DNA of 32,000 bases from Agromyces hippuratus (GTDB lineage: Bacteria; Actinomycetota; Actinomycetes; Actinomycetales; Microbacteriaceae): NCBI RefSeq assembly GCF_013410355.1, contig NZ_JACCFI010000001.1:847478-879477 (forward strand). Direction: 5' to 3'. The first letter of the stretch is position 1. Every line of letters starts with the position of its first letter. The position numbers and the translations under genes are program-made. Under the pieces are notes generated by a model, which was not told the DNA's origin, did no database searches, and saw nothing but the letters and a program-made list of their open reading frames with translations. This document shows, piece after piece, positions 17,508 through 27,620 of the stretch.

Positions 17508-18335
17508 CTACGCCCGCGCGATGATCTCGCTGTGCGGCATGAGCAGCCAGCCGTCATCGTCGGCGGCCCACGCCCGCCATGCGTCGGCGATGCCGCGGAG
17601 CTCGTCGATGTCGGAATGGCCCGACTCGATGGCGTGCGCGGCGAACTGCGATTCCGTGGCACGTTCGGCCCACGCGCCGCCCCACCATTCGCGTTCGAGC
17701 GCGGTGGAGAAGACCCAGACGTCGCCGGTCGTGGCGACGTCGACGAAGCCGGCCTCGCGCGCCCAACCCTTCAGGTGCCGCCCCGCGTCGGGCTCGCCGC
17801 CGTTCCAGCGATGCACGGCGCGATAGAGCTCGAGCCATCGGGCGAGACCCGGCGAGGCGGGGTTCCAGATGACGCCGCCGTAGTCGACGTCGCGAGCGGC
17901 GACGACGCCACCGGGCTTCGTGACGCGGCGCAACTCCCGCAGTGCATCGACTGGGCGCGCGAGGTGCTGCAGCACCTGGTGGGCGTGCACCACGTCGAAG
18001 GAGTCGTCGTCGAAGTCGAGCGCATAGGCGTCGCCGACGGCGAACTCGACGTTCGACACCGCTTCGCTCTCAGCCAGCCCCGTCGCCGCGGCGACCACGT
18101 CGGCCGAGGCGTCGATGCCGACGACCGTACCGGGCCGCACTCGGCGGGCCAGGTCGATCGTGATGGTGCCCGGGCCGCTGCCCACATCGAGGATGCGGGC
18201 TCCCTCGTGCAGATACGGCACGAGGTAGGCGGCCGAGTTCTCGACCGTGCGCCAGGAGTGCGTGCGCAGCACGCTCGCATGATGGCCGTGCGTGTAGGCA
18301 TCTCGGAGACCGTGTTCGGCGCGTTCGGTGCTCAT
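17508..18335 (-). CDS. Class I SAM-dependent methyltransferase
   Basis: 275-aa ORF with SAM-binding motif I ILDVGSGPGTITIDLA, an acidic post-I residue (GIDAS) and a methyltransferase-11-like core (FDVVHAHQVLQHL, LRRVTKPGGVV). Confidence 0.88.
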   Translation of the reverse strand: MSTERAEHGLRDAYTHGHHASVLRTHSWRTVENSAAYLVPYLHEGARILDVGSGPGTITIDLARRVRPGTVVGIDASADVVAAATGLAESEAVSNVEFAVGDAYALDFDDDSFDVVHAHQVLQHLARPVDALRELRRVTKPGGVVAARDVDYGGVIWNPASPGLARWLELYRAVHRWNGGEPDAGRHLKGWAREAGFVDVATTGDVWVFSTALEREWWGGAWAERATESQFAAHAIESGHSDIDELRGIADAWRAWAADDDGWLLMPHSEIIARA

Positions 18336-18388
18336 GTTCCGAGCCTAGGCTCATGCCCGCTCGTGTGACAGCGAACTACGGTGGATGG

Positions 18389-20434
18389 ATGACCGAGCAT
18401 TCCAACCCGTTCCTCGAGCCGAGCCCGCTGCCCTACCGGCTTCCGCTCTTCGCCCTCATCCGACCGGAGCACTACCGGGAGGCGATCAAATCCGGCATGC
18501 GCGAGCAGCGTCGGGCGATCGAGGCGATCGCGACGGATGCCTCGGCGCCGACGTTCGAGAACACCGTCGTCGCCCTCGAACGCTCGGCAGAGCTGCTCCG
18601 CCGAGTGCTCCCCGTCTTCGAGAATGCGAGCTCGGCCGACAGCGATGCCGCGATCGACGCCCTCGAGGTGGAGTTCGCGCCCCTCTTGTCGGCGCATCAG
18701 GACGCGATCCGGCTCGATCCGCGCCTCTACGCGCGACTCTCCGAACTGCAGGACGCGCGCGACGAGCTCGGACTCGACGCGGAGTCGGCCGAGCTGCTCG
18801 ACAAGTACCACCGCACCGCGACCCTCGCCGGGGCCGCCCTGAGCGAGCCGCAGCGCCTCGAGCTCACGGCCGTGAACACCCGTCTCTCCGAGCTCACGAC
18901 GGCGTTCCAGCAGCACCTGCTCGCCGACGGCAACGATCTCGCGCTGCACCTGACCGATCCCGACGACCTCGCAGGCCTCGACGACGGTCGGCGTTCGGCG
19001 GCGCGAGAGGCCGCGATCGCGCGCGGTCTCGACGGCTGGCTCATCACCCTCGTGCTGCCGACCGGGCAGCCGGCTCTCGCGGCCCTCGAGCGCGACGCCG
19101 TGCGCGACCGCCTGCTCGCCGCCTCTCGGTCACGTGGACGCCGCGGCGGTGCTCACGACACCCGTTCGACGCTCCTCGAGATCGTGCGGATCCGCGCCCG
19201 GCGGGCCGCACTCCTCGGTTTCGACAACCACGCCGCCGCAGTCACCGTCGACGAGACGGCGGGCACGCCGGAGGCCGTCGCCGAACTGCTCGACCGGCTC
19301 GTGCCCGCGGCGACCGCGAATGCCCGGCGCGAAGCCCTGGCCCTCGCCGAGCAGGCGGTCGCCGAGGCACGACAGCCGATCGAGGCATCCGACTGGGCGC
19401 TGCTGAGCGAGGCCGTGCGGCGCGAGCGGTACGCGGTCGACCTCGACGAGATGCGCCCGTTCCTCGAGTTCGACCGCGTGCTCACGCGCGGCGTCTTCCG
19501 CGCCGCGGAGCTGCTCTACGGCCTGCGGATCCTCGAGCGCACCGACCTCGTCGGCTACCACCCCGAGACGCGCGTGTTCGAGGTGTTCGAGGAGGACGGC
19601 ACCCCGGTCGGGCTCTACCTGCTCGACCTGTACACCCGGGATTCGAAGCGCGGCGGCGCGTGGATGAGCTCGCTCGTCGAGCAGTCGACGCTCGAGGGCA
19701 CGCTCCCGGTCGTCGTGAACAACATGAACGTCGCGCGGCCGGCCGCGGGCGAGCCGACCCTGCTCACGCTCGACGAGACCGAGACGCTCTTCCACGAGTT
19801 CGGTCATGCGCTGCACGGCCTGCTCTCGCACGTCGTGCACCCGTCGATGTCGGGCACGAACGTCTACCGCGACTTCGTCGAGCTGCCGAGCCAGGTCAAC
19901 GAACTGTGGGTGCTGCGCCCCGAGGTGCTCGGTGAGTACGCGGTGCACCACGAGACCGGCGAGCGGATGCCGCAGCAGCTCGTCGACCGCCTGCTGGCCT
20001 CGCGCACCTTCAACGAGGGCTTCTCGACCACCGAGTACCTCGCGGCGGCCGTGCTCGACCAGGCGTGGCACCGCCTCTCCCCCGCCGAGGCCGATGCTGT
20101 CGCCGATGTCGCCGACTTCGAGCACCGGGCACTCGCCGCCGCCGGACTCGACGACCCGCTCGTGCCGCCCCGCTACTCGAGCACGTACTTCGCGCACGTC
20201 TTCGCGGGCGGGTACGACGCCGGGTACTACTCGTACATCTGGAGCGAGGTGCCGGGCGCCGACATCATGGCCTGGTTCGAGGCGAACGGCGGCGCCACTC
20301 GGGAGAACGGTGCGCGCTACCGCGCGGAGATCCTCGCTCCGGGCGGCTCGCGCGACCCGCGGGAGTCGATCCGGCGCCTGCTCGGGCGCGAGCCCGACAT
20401 CGCGGCGCTCCTCGAGCGCCGCGGCCTCGCCTGA
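18389..20434 (+). CDS. dcp: M3 family metallopeptidase (peptidyl-dipeptidase Dcp / oligopeptidase A-like)
   Basis: In-frame ATG 18389 of track ORF 18353..20434 gives MTEHSNPFLEPSPLPYRLP. The zinc motif HEFGHALH is present with downstream E (VELPSQVNE), and the length is ~680 aa. Confidence 0.88.
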   Translation: MTEHSNPFLEPSPLPYRLPLFALIRPEHYREAIKSGMREQRRAIEAIATDASAPTFENTVVALERSAELLRRVLPVFENASSADSDAAIDALEVEFAPLLSAHQDAIRLDPRLYARLSELQDARDELGLDAESAELLDKYHRTATLAGAALSEPQRLELTAVNTRLSELTTAFQQHLLADGNDLALHLTDPDDLAGLDDGRRSAAREAAIARGLDGWLITLVLPTGQPALAALERDAVRDRLLAASRSRGRRGGAHDTRSTLLEIVRIRARRAALLGFDNHAAAVTVDETAGTPEAVAELLDRLVPAATANARREALALAEQAVAEARQPIEASDWALLSEAVRRERYAVDLDEMRPFLEFDRVLTRGVFRAAELLYGLRILERTDLVGYHPETRVFEVFEEDGTPVGLYLLDLYTRDSKRGGAWMSSLVEQSTLEGTLPVVVNNMNVARPAAGEPTLLTLDETETLFHEFGHALHGLLSHVVHPSMSGTNVYRDFVELPSQVNELWVLRPEVLGEYAVHHETGERMPQQLVDRLLASRTFNEGFSTTEYLAAAVLDQAWHRLSPAEADAVADVADFEHRALAAAGLDDPLVPPRYSSTYFAHVFAGGYDAGYYSYIWSEVPGADIMAWFEANGGATRENGARYRAEILAPGGSRDPRESIRRLLGREPDIAALLERRGLA

Positions 20435-20437
20435 GAC

Positions 20438-20477
20438 GACGGATGCCCCGTGCAGCGTGCTGCACGGGGCATCCGTC
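20438..20477. terminator. Perfect 18-bp-stem hairpin between convergent dcp and DUF59 genes (bidirectional terminator candidate, no U-tract)
   Basis: GACGGATGCCCCGTGCAG cgtg CTGCACGGGGCATCCGTC. It starts 4 nt after the dcp stop. Confidence 0.7.
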
Positions 20478-20508
20478 GATGTCGAGCGAGTGGCTCGGAT
20501 CGCGAGAC

Positions 20509-20838
20509 TCAGATCGCGAAGCCGAGTGCCCGCATCATGTCGCGGCCGTCGTCGGTGATGCGCTCGGGGCCCCACGGCGGCATCCACACCCAGTTGATGC
20601 GGAAGGCATCGACGGTGCCGTCGAGCGCCTCGGCGGTCTGCTCCTCGATGACGTCGGTGAGGGGGCATCCGGCGCTCGTGAGCGTCATGTGGATGACCAG
20701 GGCGTCGTTCTCGTCGTCCCAACCGAGGTCGTAGATGAGGCCGAGGTCGACGATGTTGACCCCGAGCTCGGGATCCATGACGTCTTTCAGCGCTTCTTCG
20801 ACCTGGTCGTAGCGCTCTGGTGCGAGTGAGGTGACCAT
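20509..20838 (-). CDS. DUF59-domain metal-sulfur cluster assembly factor (SufT-like)
   Basis: 109-aa ORF: ...VMDPELGVNIVDLGLIYD...TLTSAGCPLTD... These are typical DUF59/SufT motifs, and it is the last gene of the suf cluster. Confidence 0.88.
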   Translation of the reverse strand: MVTSLAPERYDQVEEALKDVMDPELGVNIVDLGLIYDLGWDDENDALVIHMTLTSAGCPLTDVIEEQTAEALDGTVDAFRINWVWMPPWGPERITDDGRDMMRALGFAI

Positions 20839-20859
20839 GGTTGCGATTCTACCCTCTGC

Positions 20860-21657
<798 letters not shown>

Positions 21658-21709
21658 GTTCGTAATGATCTCTTTCGGTTGCCGGCCGTTCCGGGCCGGA
21701 GAAGGTGTG

Positions 21710-22036
21710 TCAGACGGTCAGGGTGACCGCGGGATCGATGTGGACGTCGCCGTCCTTGAGCTCGACCTGGTAGACCGGGACGGGCTCGTATGCGGGCAGC
21801 GTGAGCGGCTTGCCCGTCTTGAGGGAGAACATGGAGCCGTGCGCCCAGCACTCGAGGGTGTCGTCTTCCACGAAGCCCTCGGCGAGCGAGATGTCGCCAT
21901 GGGTGCAGGTGTCCCCGATGGCGAAGACATCGCCGGCGGCGTCCTTCACGACGGCGATGGGAACGCCCTCGAGCACGAAGCGCGACGCCTCGTTGACGGC
22001 GAGATCGTCGATGGCGCACACACGCACGGATGTCAC
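21710..22036 (-). CDS. Rieske (2Fe-2S) domain ferredoxin embedded in the suf operon
   Basis: GTG 22036, 1 nt after the sufD stop, lies in frame within track ORF 21710..22384. It gives (M)TSVRVCAIDDLAVNE... with Rieske ligand boxes CTHG and CWAHG. Confidence 0.85.
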   Translation of the reverse strand: MTSVRVCAIDDLAVNEASRFVLEGVPIAVVKDAAGDVFAIGDTCTHGDISLAEGFVEDDTLECWAHGSMFSLKTGKPLTLPAYEPVPVYQVELKDGDVHIDPAVTLTV

Positions 22037-22037
22037 G

Positions 22038-23219
22038 TCAGCGACCTTCCAGTTCAGCCTCGATCGCCGCGGTGAGGCGGGCTTCGAGGTCGGCCGAGCC
22101 GATCTTCTGCACGATGTCGGTGAGGAAGCCGCGCACGACGAGCCGTCGTGCCTCGTCTTCGCGGATGCCGCGTGCCATGAGGTAGAACAACTGCTCGTCG
22201 TCGAACCGGCCGGTGGCACTCGCGTGCCCGGCACCTTCGATGTCGCCGGTCTCGATCTCGAGGTTCGGCACGGAGTCCGCACGAGTGCCCTCGGTGAGCA
22301 CGAGGTTGCGGTTCTGCTCGTAGCTGTCGGTGCCGACCGCGGCGTTGCCGATGAGCACGTCGCCGATCCAGACGGTACGAGCACCTGCGCCCTGCAGCGC
22401 GCCCTTGTAGGTCACGCGGCTCTTGGTGTGCGGCGCGTCGTGGTGCACGTAGACCTGCTGCTCGAGGTGCTGGCCGGCGTCGGCGAAGTACAGGCCGAGG
22501 GCCTCGATGTCGGCGCCCTGCTCGGCGAGGTGGGTCGAGGGGTTCACCCGGACGACCTTGCCGCCGAGCGAGACGACGATGTGCTTGAGGAACGAGTCGC
22601 GGCCGAGGCGGGCGAACTGGCTCGAGAGGTGCACGGCCTCGTCGTCCCACTCTTGCAGCGAGACGACGGTGAGGGACGCCCCGGCGCCGACGAGGATCTC
22701 GACGTTCTCGCTGAGGCGGGCGGCGCCCGTGCCGGCGAGCACGACGAAGCCGCGGCTGTTCGGCGCGGCCTCGATGACGGTGTGCGCGGCGCGCGGCGCA
22801 TCGCCGAGCCCCGTGCGGGTCACGTACGCGATCTTCTCGTCTTCGCCGGTCACGGAGACGAGGAGGGCCTCGTCGAACGTCGACCACGCGTTGGCGCTCG
22901 CGCGCTCTTCGGGCGTGCCCGCCGTGCCGATGCGGGCGTCGTCGCGCGGGATGTACGAGAACGAGATGCCCGAGGCATCCGTCGTCTCGATCGGGAGGCG
23001 CGCACCGTCGAGCTCGCCACCGGTCAGGTCGGCGAACGCCGCGACCGGGGAGAGCTTCCACTCGTGCTCGCGGCCGTTGATGGGCGCGAAGTCCTCGACG
23101 TTCACAGAGCGGAATCGCTCCGAGCGGGTCTGCACGGGCACGAAGGCGCCGTCGGAGTGGGCGACGAGGCCGTGCTGGCCTGCGGTGGGCATGGCGGTGC
23201 TGGTCATCTGGGCGGTCAC
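22038..23219 (-). CDS. sufD: Fe-S cluster assembly protein SufD
   Basis: C-terminal ~390 codons of track ORF 22038..24083. The start is either GTG 23219 (2 nt after the sufB stop) or ATG 23207. The sequence is SufD-like throughout (…GRFDDEQLFYLMARGI…). The upstream part of the ORF is an out-of-frame shadow of sufB. Confidence 0.88.
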   Translation of the reverse strand: MTAQMTSTAMPTAGQHGLVAHSDGAFVPVQTRSERFRSVNVEDFAPINGREHEWKLSPVAAFADLTGGELDGARLPIETTDASGISFSYIPRDDARIGTAGTPEERASANAWSTFDEALLVSVTGEDEKIAYVTRTGLGDAPRAAHTVIEAAPNSRGFVVLAGTGAARLSENVEILVGAGASLTVVSLQEWDDEAVHLSSQFARLGRDSFLKHIVVSLGGKVVRVNPSTHLAEQGADIEALGLYFADAGQHLEQQVYVHHDAPHTKSRVTYKGALQGAGARTVWIGDVLIGNAAVGTDSYEQNRNLVLTEGTRADSVPNLEIETGDIEGAGHASATGRFDDEQLFYLMARGIREDEARRLVVRGFLTDIVQKIGSADLEARLTAAIEAELEGR

Positions 23220-23221
23220 TA

Positions 23222-24640
23222 CTAGCCCACCGATCCTTCCATGCCCATTTCGATGAGCTTGTTGAGTTCCATCGCGTATTCCATTGGGAGCTCGCGCGCG
23301 ATCGGCTCGATGAAGCCGCGCACGATCATCGACATGGCCTCGGTCTCGTCGATGCCACGGCTCATCAGGTAGAAGAGCTGCTCCTCGCTGACCTTCGAGA
23401 CCGTGGCCTCGTGTCCGAGCTTCACGTCGTCGACGCGGATGTCGATCGCCGGGTAGGTGTCGGAGCGGGAGATCGTGTCGACGAGCAGCGCGTCGCAGAC
23501 GACGCTGTTCGCCGAGTGGTGGGCGTTCGCGTCGATGCGCACCTCGCCGCGATAGCCTGCCCGGCCGCCGCCGCGTGCGATCGACTTCGAGACGATCGAC
23601 GACTGCGTGTACGGCGCCATGTGGATCATCTTCGCGCCGGCGTCCTGGTGCTGGCCGGGGCCTGCGAACGCGACGGAGAGCGTCTCGCCCTTGGCGTGCT
23701 CGCCCATGAGGAAGATCGACGGGTACTTCATCGTGACCTTCGAGCCGATGTTGCCGTCGACCCACTCCATGGTGGCGCCTTCGGCGGCCGTGGCGCGCTT
23801 GGTGACGAGGTTGTAGACGTTGTTCGACCAGTTCTGGATCGTCGTGTAGCGCACGCGTGCGTCTTTCTTGACGATGATCTCGACGACGGCCGAGTGCAGG
23901 GAGTCGCTCTTGTAGATCGGCGCCGTGCAGCCCTCGATGTAGTGCACGTAGCTGCCCTCGTCGGCGATGATCAGCGTGCGCTCGAACTGGCCCATGTTCT
24001 CGGTGTTGATGCGGAAGTAGGCCTGCAGCGGAATCTCGACATGCACGCCCTTCGGCACGTAGACGAACGAACCGCCCGACCACACGGCCGTGTTCAGCGC
24101 CGCGAACTTGTTGTCGCCGGCGGGGATGACGGTGCCGAAGTACTCCTCGAAGAACTCGGGGTGCTCCTTCAGCGCGGTGTCGGTGTCCATGAAGATGACA
24201 CCCTGGCGCTCGAGCTCTTCATTGATCTGGTGGTAGACCACCTCGGACTCGTACTGGGCCGCGACGCCCGCGACGAGGCGCTGGCGCTCGGCCTCGGGGA
24301 TGCCGAGCTTCTCGTACGTGTTCTTGATGTCGTCGGGCAGGTCTTCCCAGGTCTGGGCCTGCTTCTCGGTCGAGCGCACGAAGTACTTGATGTTGTCGAA
24401 GTCGATCTCCGACAGGTCGGCGCCCCACGTGGGCATCGGCTTGCGCTCGAAGAGCTGCAGGGCGCGCTGGCGACGCTGGAGCATCCATTCCGGCTCCGAT
24501 TTCAGCGCGGAGATGTCGGCGACCACCTCCGGCGAGATGCCGCGTCGGGCCGAGGCCCCCGCAGCGTCGGAGTCGGCCCAGCCGAACTCGTAGGTACCGA
24601 GTCCTTCGAGTTCCGGTCGGTCGATCAGTACGTCCGTCAT
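23222..24640 (-). CDS. sufB: Fe-S cluster assembly protein SufB
   Basis: 472-aa ORF with an end-to-end SufB signature (…[34 protein letters not shown]…[11 protein letters not shown]…). A purine-rich SD (GGGAGGAGAAGAGGGAG) lies upstream. No intein. Confidence 0.95.
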   Translation of the reverse strand: MTDVLIDRPELEGLGTYEFGWADSDAAGASARRGISPEVVADISALKSEPEWMLQRRQRALQLFERKPMPTWGADLSEIDFDNIKYFVRSTEKQAQTWEDLPDDIKNTYEKLGIPEAERQRLVAGVAAQYESEVVYHQINEELERQGVIFMDTDTALKEHPEFFEEYFGTVIPAGDNKFAALNTAVWSGGSFVYVPKGVHVEIPLQAYFRINTENMGQFERTLIIADEGSYVHYIEGCTAPIYKSDSLHSAVVEIIVKKDARVRYTTIQNWSNNVYNLVTKRATAAEGATMEWVDGNIGSKVTMKYPSIFLMGEHAKGETLSVAFAGPGQHQDAGAKMIHMAPYTQSSIVSKSIARGGGRAGYRGEVRIDANAHHSANSVVCDALLVDTISRSDTYPAIDIRVDDVKLGHEATVSKVSEEQLFYLMSRGIDETEAMSMIVRGFIEPIARELPMEYAMELNKLIEMGMEGSVG

Positions 24641-24891
24641 GCTCTCCCTCTTCTCCTCCCGTGCAACCGGCTATCAGGCCGGCTCATTCCCCTCGTGAGT
24701 CGAGGTGCTCGTTGAGTGGGTGATGATGTGCCCGGTGGCGCTAGTGCCAACCTAAGATGGTATGCGGCCCGTGGCGCGCGATCTCGCGCGGTCGGCGGGC
24801 CTACCAACCCCTCAAGTCTATAGGGTCGCGGCAGGCGCCGGGCAGGACTCCCAGTGCCGTCACAGCGCGATCCGGATCAGGAACGACCCGC

Positions 24892-25815
24892 GTGACCCGC
24901 ACTCTCCGTATCTTCGCCTGGGCCTCGTTCGTCGCGCAGGTCACGATCATCGCGACGGGCGGCGCGGTGCGACTGACGGGCTCCGGTCTCGGCTGCCCGA
25001 CCTGGCCGACGTGCACGGCCGAGTCGCTGGTGCCGACCGACGAGCTGACCTACCACTCGCTCATCGAGTTCGGCAATCGCATGATGACGGGCGTGGTCGG
25101 CATCATCGCGCTCATCGTGTTCGTGCTCGTCTGGCGCATCCGACGCGAGCGTCGCGACCTCTTCGTGCTCTCGTTCATCGTGGGCGTCGGCATCGTCGCG
25201 CAGGCGATCGTGGGCGGCATCACCGTGTGGACCGGACTGAACCCGTTCATCGTCGGATTCCACTACGTCTCGTCCCTCGCGCTCGTCTGCGTCACCGCGG
25301 CGTTCCTCGCCCGCATGGACGCCCCCGCCGGTCCCCGCGAATCCGCCGTTCCCGGGTGGTACGCGAGCCTCACCCACCTGACGAGCGCGGTGCTGCTCAT
25401 CTCGATCGTCTTCGGCGTGCTGACCACCGGTTCGGGGCCGCACTCGGGCGACGCCGCGGCGGGCCGCTCCGGCTTCGACTCCGAGATCCTCGAGCACGTG
25501 CACGCGTGGCCGGGCTACGCGCTGGTCGTGCTCACCCTCGCGCTCGTCGTCGCGGCGTGGCGACTGAGGCTTCCCACGTTGCGCTGGTCGATCGCACTGC
25601 TCGCGATCGAGCTCGTGCAGGTCGGCGTCGGGCTCTACCAGGCGCGCAACGGCCTGCCGGCATTCGCGGTCGGCGTGCACATGGTGCTCGCTGCGCTCAC
25701 GGCCGCCGCGATGACGATCGTCATCATGCGACTGAAGCGCCCGATGGGGGCGGATGCCGCGCCCGAGACAGGCGTCGAGCCCGGCCGCGCCGTGAGGACC
25801 ACGCCAGCCGGTTGA
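24892..25815 (+). CDS. ctaA: Heme A synthase (COX15/CtaA family)
   Basis: Track ORF 24757..25815. I prefer the in-frame GTG 24892 (AGGAA ~9 nt upstream), giving (M)TRTLRIFAWASFVAQVTIIATGGAVRLTGSGLGCPTWPTC… The conserved Cys pair, His-containing TM helices and 8-TM layout match CtaA. The start is uncertain. Confidence 0.85.
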   Translation: MTRTLRIFAWASFVAQVTIIATGGAVRLTGSGLGCPTWPTCTAESLVPTDELTYHSLIEFGNRMMTGVVGIIALIVFVLVWRIRRERRDLFVLSFIVGVGIVAQAIVGGITVWTGLNPFIVGFHYVSSLALVCVTAAFLARMDAPAGPRESAVPGWYASLTHLTSAVLLISIVFGVLTTGSGPHSGDAAAGRSGFDSEILEHVHAWPGYALVVLTLALVVAAWRLRLPTLRWSIALLAIELVQVGVGLYQARNGLPAFAVGVHMVLAALTAAAMTIVIMRLKRPMGADAAPETGVEPGRAVRTTPAG

Positions 25816-25846
25816 ACACCCGGGCTCGGCCGACCAGGAGACCGAA

Positions 25847-26461
25847 ATGCTGATCGAACACCGGGGCCGTCGGCCCATCGTGCACCCCGACGCCTCGGTC
25901 GCCGCCACCGCCGTCCTCTCGGGTGAGGTCATCGTCGGAGCCGGAAGTCGCATCCTGCACGGCGCGGTGCTCAGCGCCGAAGACGGCGCCATCCGCGTCG
26001 GCATCGAATGCGTCGTCATGGAACACGCCCTCATTCGCGGACGACGAGCTCACGAGGTGGTCATCGGCGATCACGTGATGATCGGGCCGCACGCCCACGT
26101 GAACGGCGCGACCATCGCCGACGAGGTGTTCATCGCCACCGGCGCGTCCGTCTTCCCCGGCGCGAGCATCGGTCGCGGCGCCGAGGTGCGCATCAATGCG
26201 GTGGTGCAGGTGAACACCGTCCTCGACCCGGGAGCGGTCGTGCCGATCTCGTGGGTCGCGGTCGGGTCGCCCGCCACGGTGCTTCCGCCCGAGCGGCACG
26301 ACGAGATCTGGGCGATCCAGCGCGATCTCGATTTCGTGGGCACCGTCTACGGCAGCCCGAGGGCTGCCGGCATGCGCGAGATCATGACTCGGCAGTCGGC
26401 GTTCTTCGCCGAGCACGTCGACGACCGGGTGATCGACGACCCCGAGGCGTCCGACGCCTGA
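25847..26461 (+). CDS. Hexapeptide-repeat (left-handed beta-helix) protein, gamma-carbonic-anhydrase/PaaY-like family
   Basis: 204-aa ORF with AGGAG upstream. It has repeated [LIV]-G-x-x-x-x hexapeptide periodicity (VIVGAGSRILHGAVL, VVIGDHVMIGPHAHVNGATI, VFIATGASVFPGASIGRGAEV). Confidence 0.8.
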   Translation: MLIEHRGRRPIVHPDASVAATAVLSGEVIVGAGSRILHGAVLSAEDGAIRVGIECVVMEHALIRGRRAHEVVIGDHVMIGPHAHVNGATIADEVFIATGASVFPGASIGRGAEVRINAVVQVNTVLDPGAVVPISWVAVGSPATVLPPERHDEIWAIQRDLDFVGTVYGSPRAAGMREIMTRQSAFFAEHVDDRVIDDPEASDA

Positions 26462-26508
26462 CCGGCGTCAGTTCACGTCCCGACCGCGACCGGCGTCGCC
26501 TCGCAGAA

Positions 26509-26527
26509 CCGGCGCTGTCTCCGCGCC
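26509..26527. terminator. Weak hairpin between convergent LbH gene and ctaB
   Basis: CGGCGC tgtctcc GCGCCG: 6-bp stem, no U-tract, immediately 3' of the ctaB stop. Confidence 0.3.
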
Positions 26528-26528
26528 G

Positions 26529-27449
26529 CTAGAACGGCAGCAAGGGGTCGATGCCGACCGCGAGGAAGAGCAGCGACAGGTAGGCGATCGAGCCGTGGAA
26601 GACCCGCATCGGCGAGACCTGTTCGTGGCGGATCGCGAGGTTGTACAGGCGGTGGGTCTCGTAGATGAACCACACACCCGTGACGACCGCGACCGTCGAG
26701 TACACGAGTCCCATGTCGGCGATCGGGATGAGCAGCAGCGAGCACGCGACGGTCGCCCATGCGTAGAGGATGACCTGCAGCCCCACCTGAGCGCGGCCCC
26801 GTACGACGGCGAGCATCGGTACCCCGGCGGCCGCGTAGTCGTCTTTGTACTTCATGGAGAGCGGCCAGTAGTGCGGCGGCGTCCAGAGGAAGATGATGAG
26901 GAAGAGGATGACCGGGGGCCAGCTGAGGTCGCCGGTGACGGCGGCCCATCCGATGAGCACGGGCATGCAGCCCGCGACTCCGCCCCAGACGATGTTCTGG
27001 GCGGTGCGGCGCTTCAGGATCAGGCTGTAGAAGACGACGTAGAGCAGGATCGCACCGAGCGAGAGGCCCGCGGCGAGCCAGTTGGTGAAGACGCCGAGCC
27101 AGACGATCGACGCGATGCCGAGGCCGTAGGCGAAGACGAGCGCCTCGCGATCGCTCAGCTCGCCGGTCACGAGTGGACGCCCCTGCGTGCGCTTCATGAC
27201 CCGGTCGATGTCGCGGTCGATGTAGCAGTTGAACGCACCGGCCGAGCCCGCGCTCATGGCACCGCCGATGAGGGTGGCGATGAGCAGCCAGAGACTCGGC
27301 AGTCCCTGCTGGGCGAGGATCATGGTCGGCGCGGTGACGACGAGCAGCAGCTCGATCACTCGCGGCTTGGTGAGGGCCAGATAGGCCGAGAGCTTGCGCC
27401 GGACGGTCATCGCCGGGCGGTGGTCTCTGGTCTCTACGGCTGCCTGCAT
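26529..27449 (-). CDS. ctaB: Protoheme IX farnesyltransferase (heme O synthase)
   Basis: Track ORF 26529..27476 begins at a TTG. I prefer ATG 27449, preceded by GGAAGAGGAAcg, giving [36 protein letters not shown]… This is UbiA-type prenyltransferase sequence ([15 protein letters not shown]). Confidence 0.92.
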   Translation of the reverse strand: MQAAVETRDHRPAMTVRRKLSAYLALTKPRVIELLLVVTAPTMILAQQGLPSLWLLIATLIGGAMSAGSAGAFNCYIDRDIDRVMKRTQGRPLVTGELSDREALVFAYGLGIASIVWLGVFTNWLAAGLSLGAILLYVVFYSLILKRRTAQNIVWGGVAGCMPVLIGWAAVTGDLSWPPVILFLIIFLWTPPHYWPLSMKYKDDYAAAGVPMLAVVRGRAQVGLQVILYAWATVACSLLLIPIADMGLVYSTVAVVTGVWFIYETHRLYNLAIRHEQVSPMRVFHGSIAYLSLLFLAVGIDPLLPF

Positions 27450-27498
27450 CGTTCCTCTTCCGGCGCGGGCACGCAAAACACGGCCACGCTCGTCATCG

Positions 27499-27504
27499 AT
27501 TCTA
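27499..27504 (-). promoter_or_regulatory. Candidate -10 box (TAGAAT on minus strand) for ctaB
   Basis: It matches the actinobacterial TANNNT consensus and lies ~50 nt upstream of the ctaB ATG, in a locally AT-richer stretch. Confidence 0.35.
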
Positions 27505-27614
27505 TGACATCATGTGTCGCCCGTTCCGCCGTCACGCTTCGGCGCCCTTCAGCCTCACGACCGAGCGTCGTGCGCGTGAGCTCCGCGTCACCGTCATGAA
27601 ACGTGAGGAGTCCA

Positions 27615-27620
27615 TATACT
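27615..27620 (+). promoter_or_regulatory. Candidate -10 box (TATACT) for tkt operon
   Basis: TANNNT match about 155 nt upstream of the tkt GTG, followed within ~10 nt by a GC hairpin (27629-27644). Confidence 0.3.
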
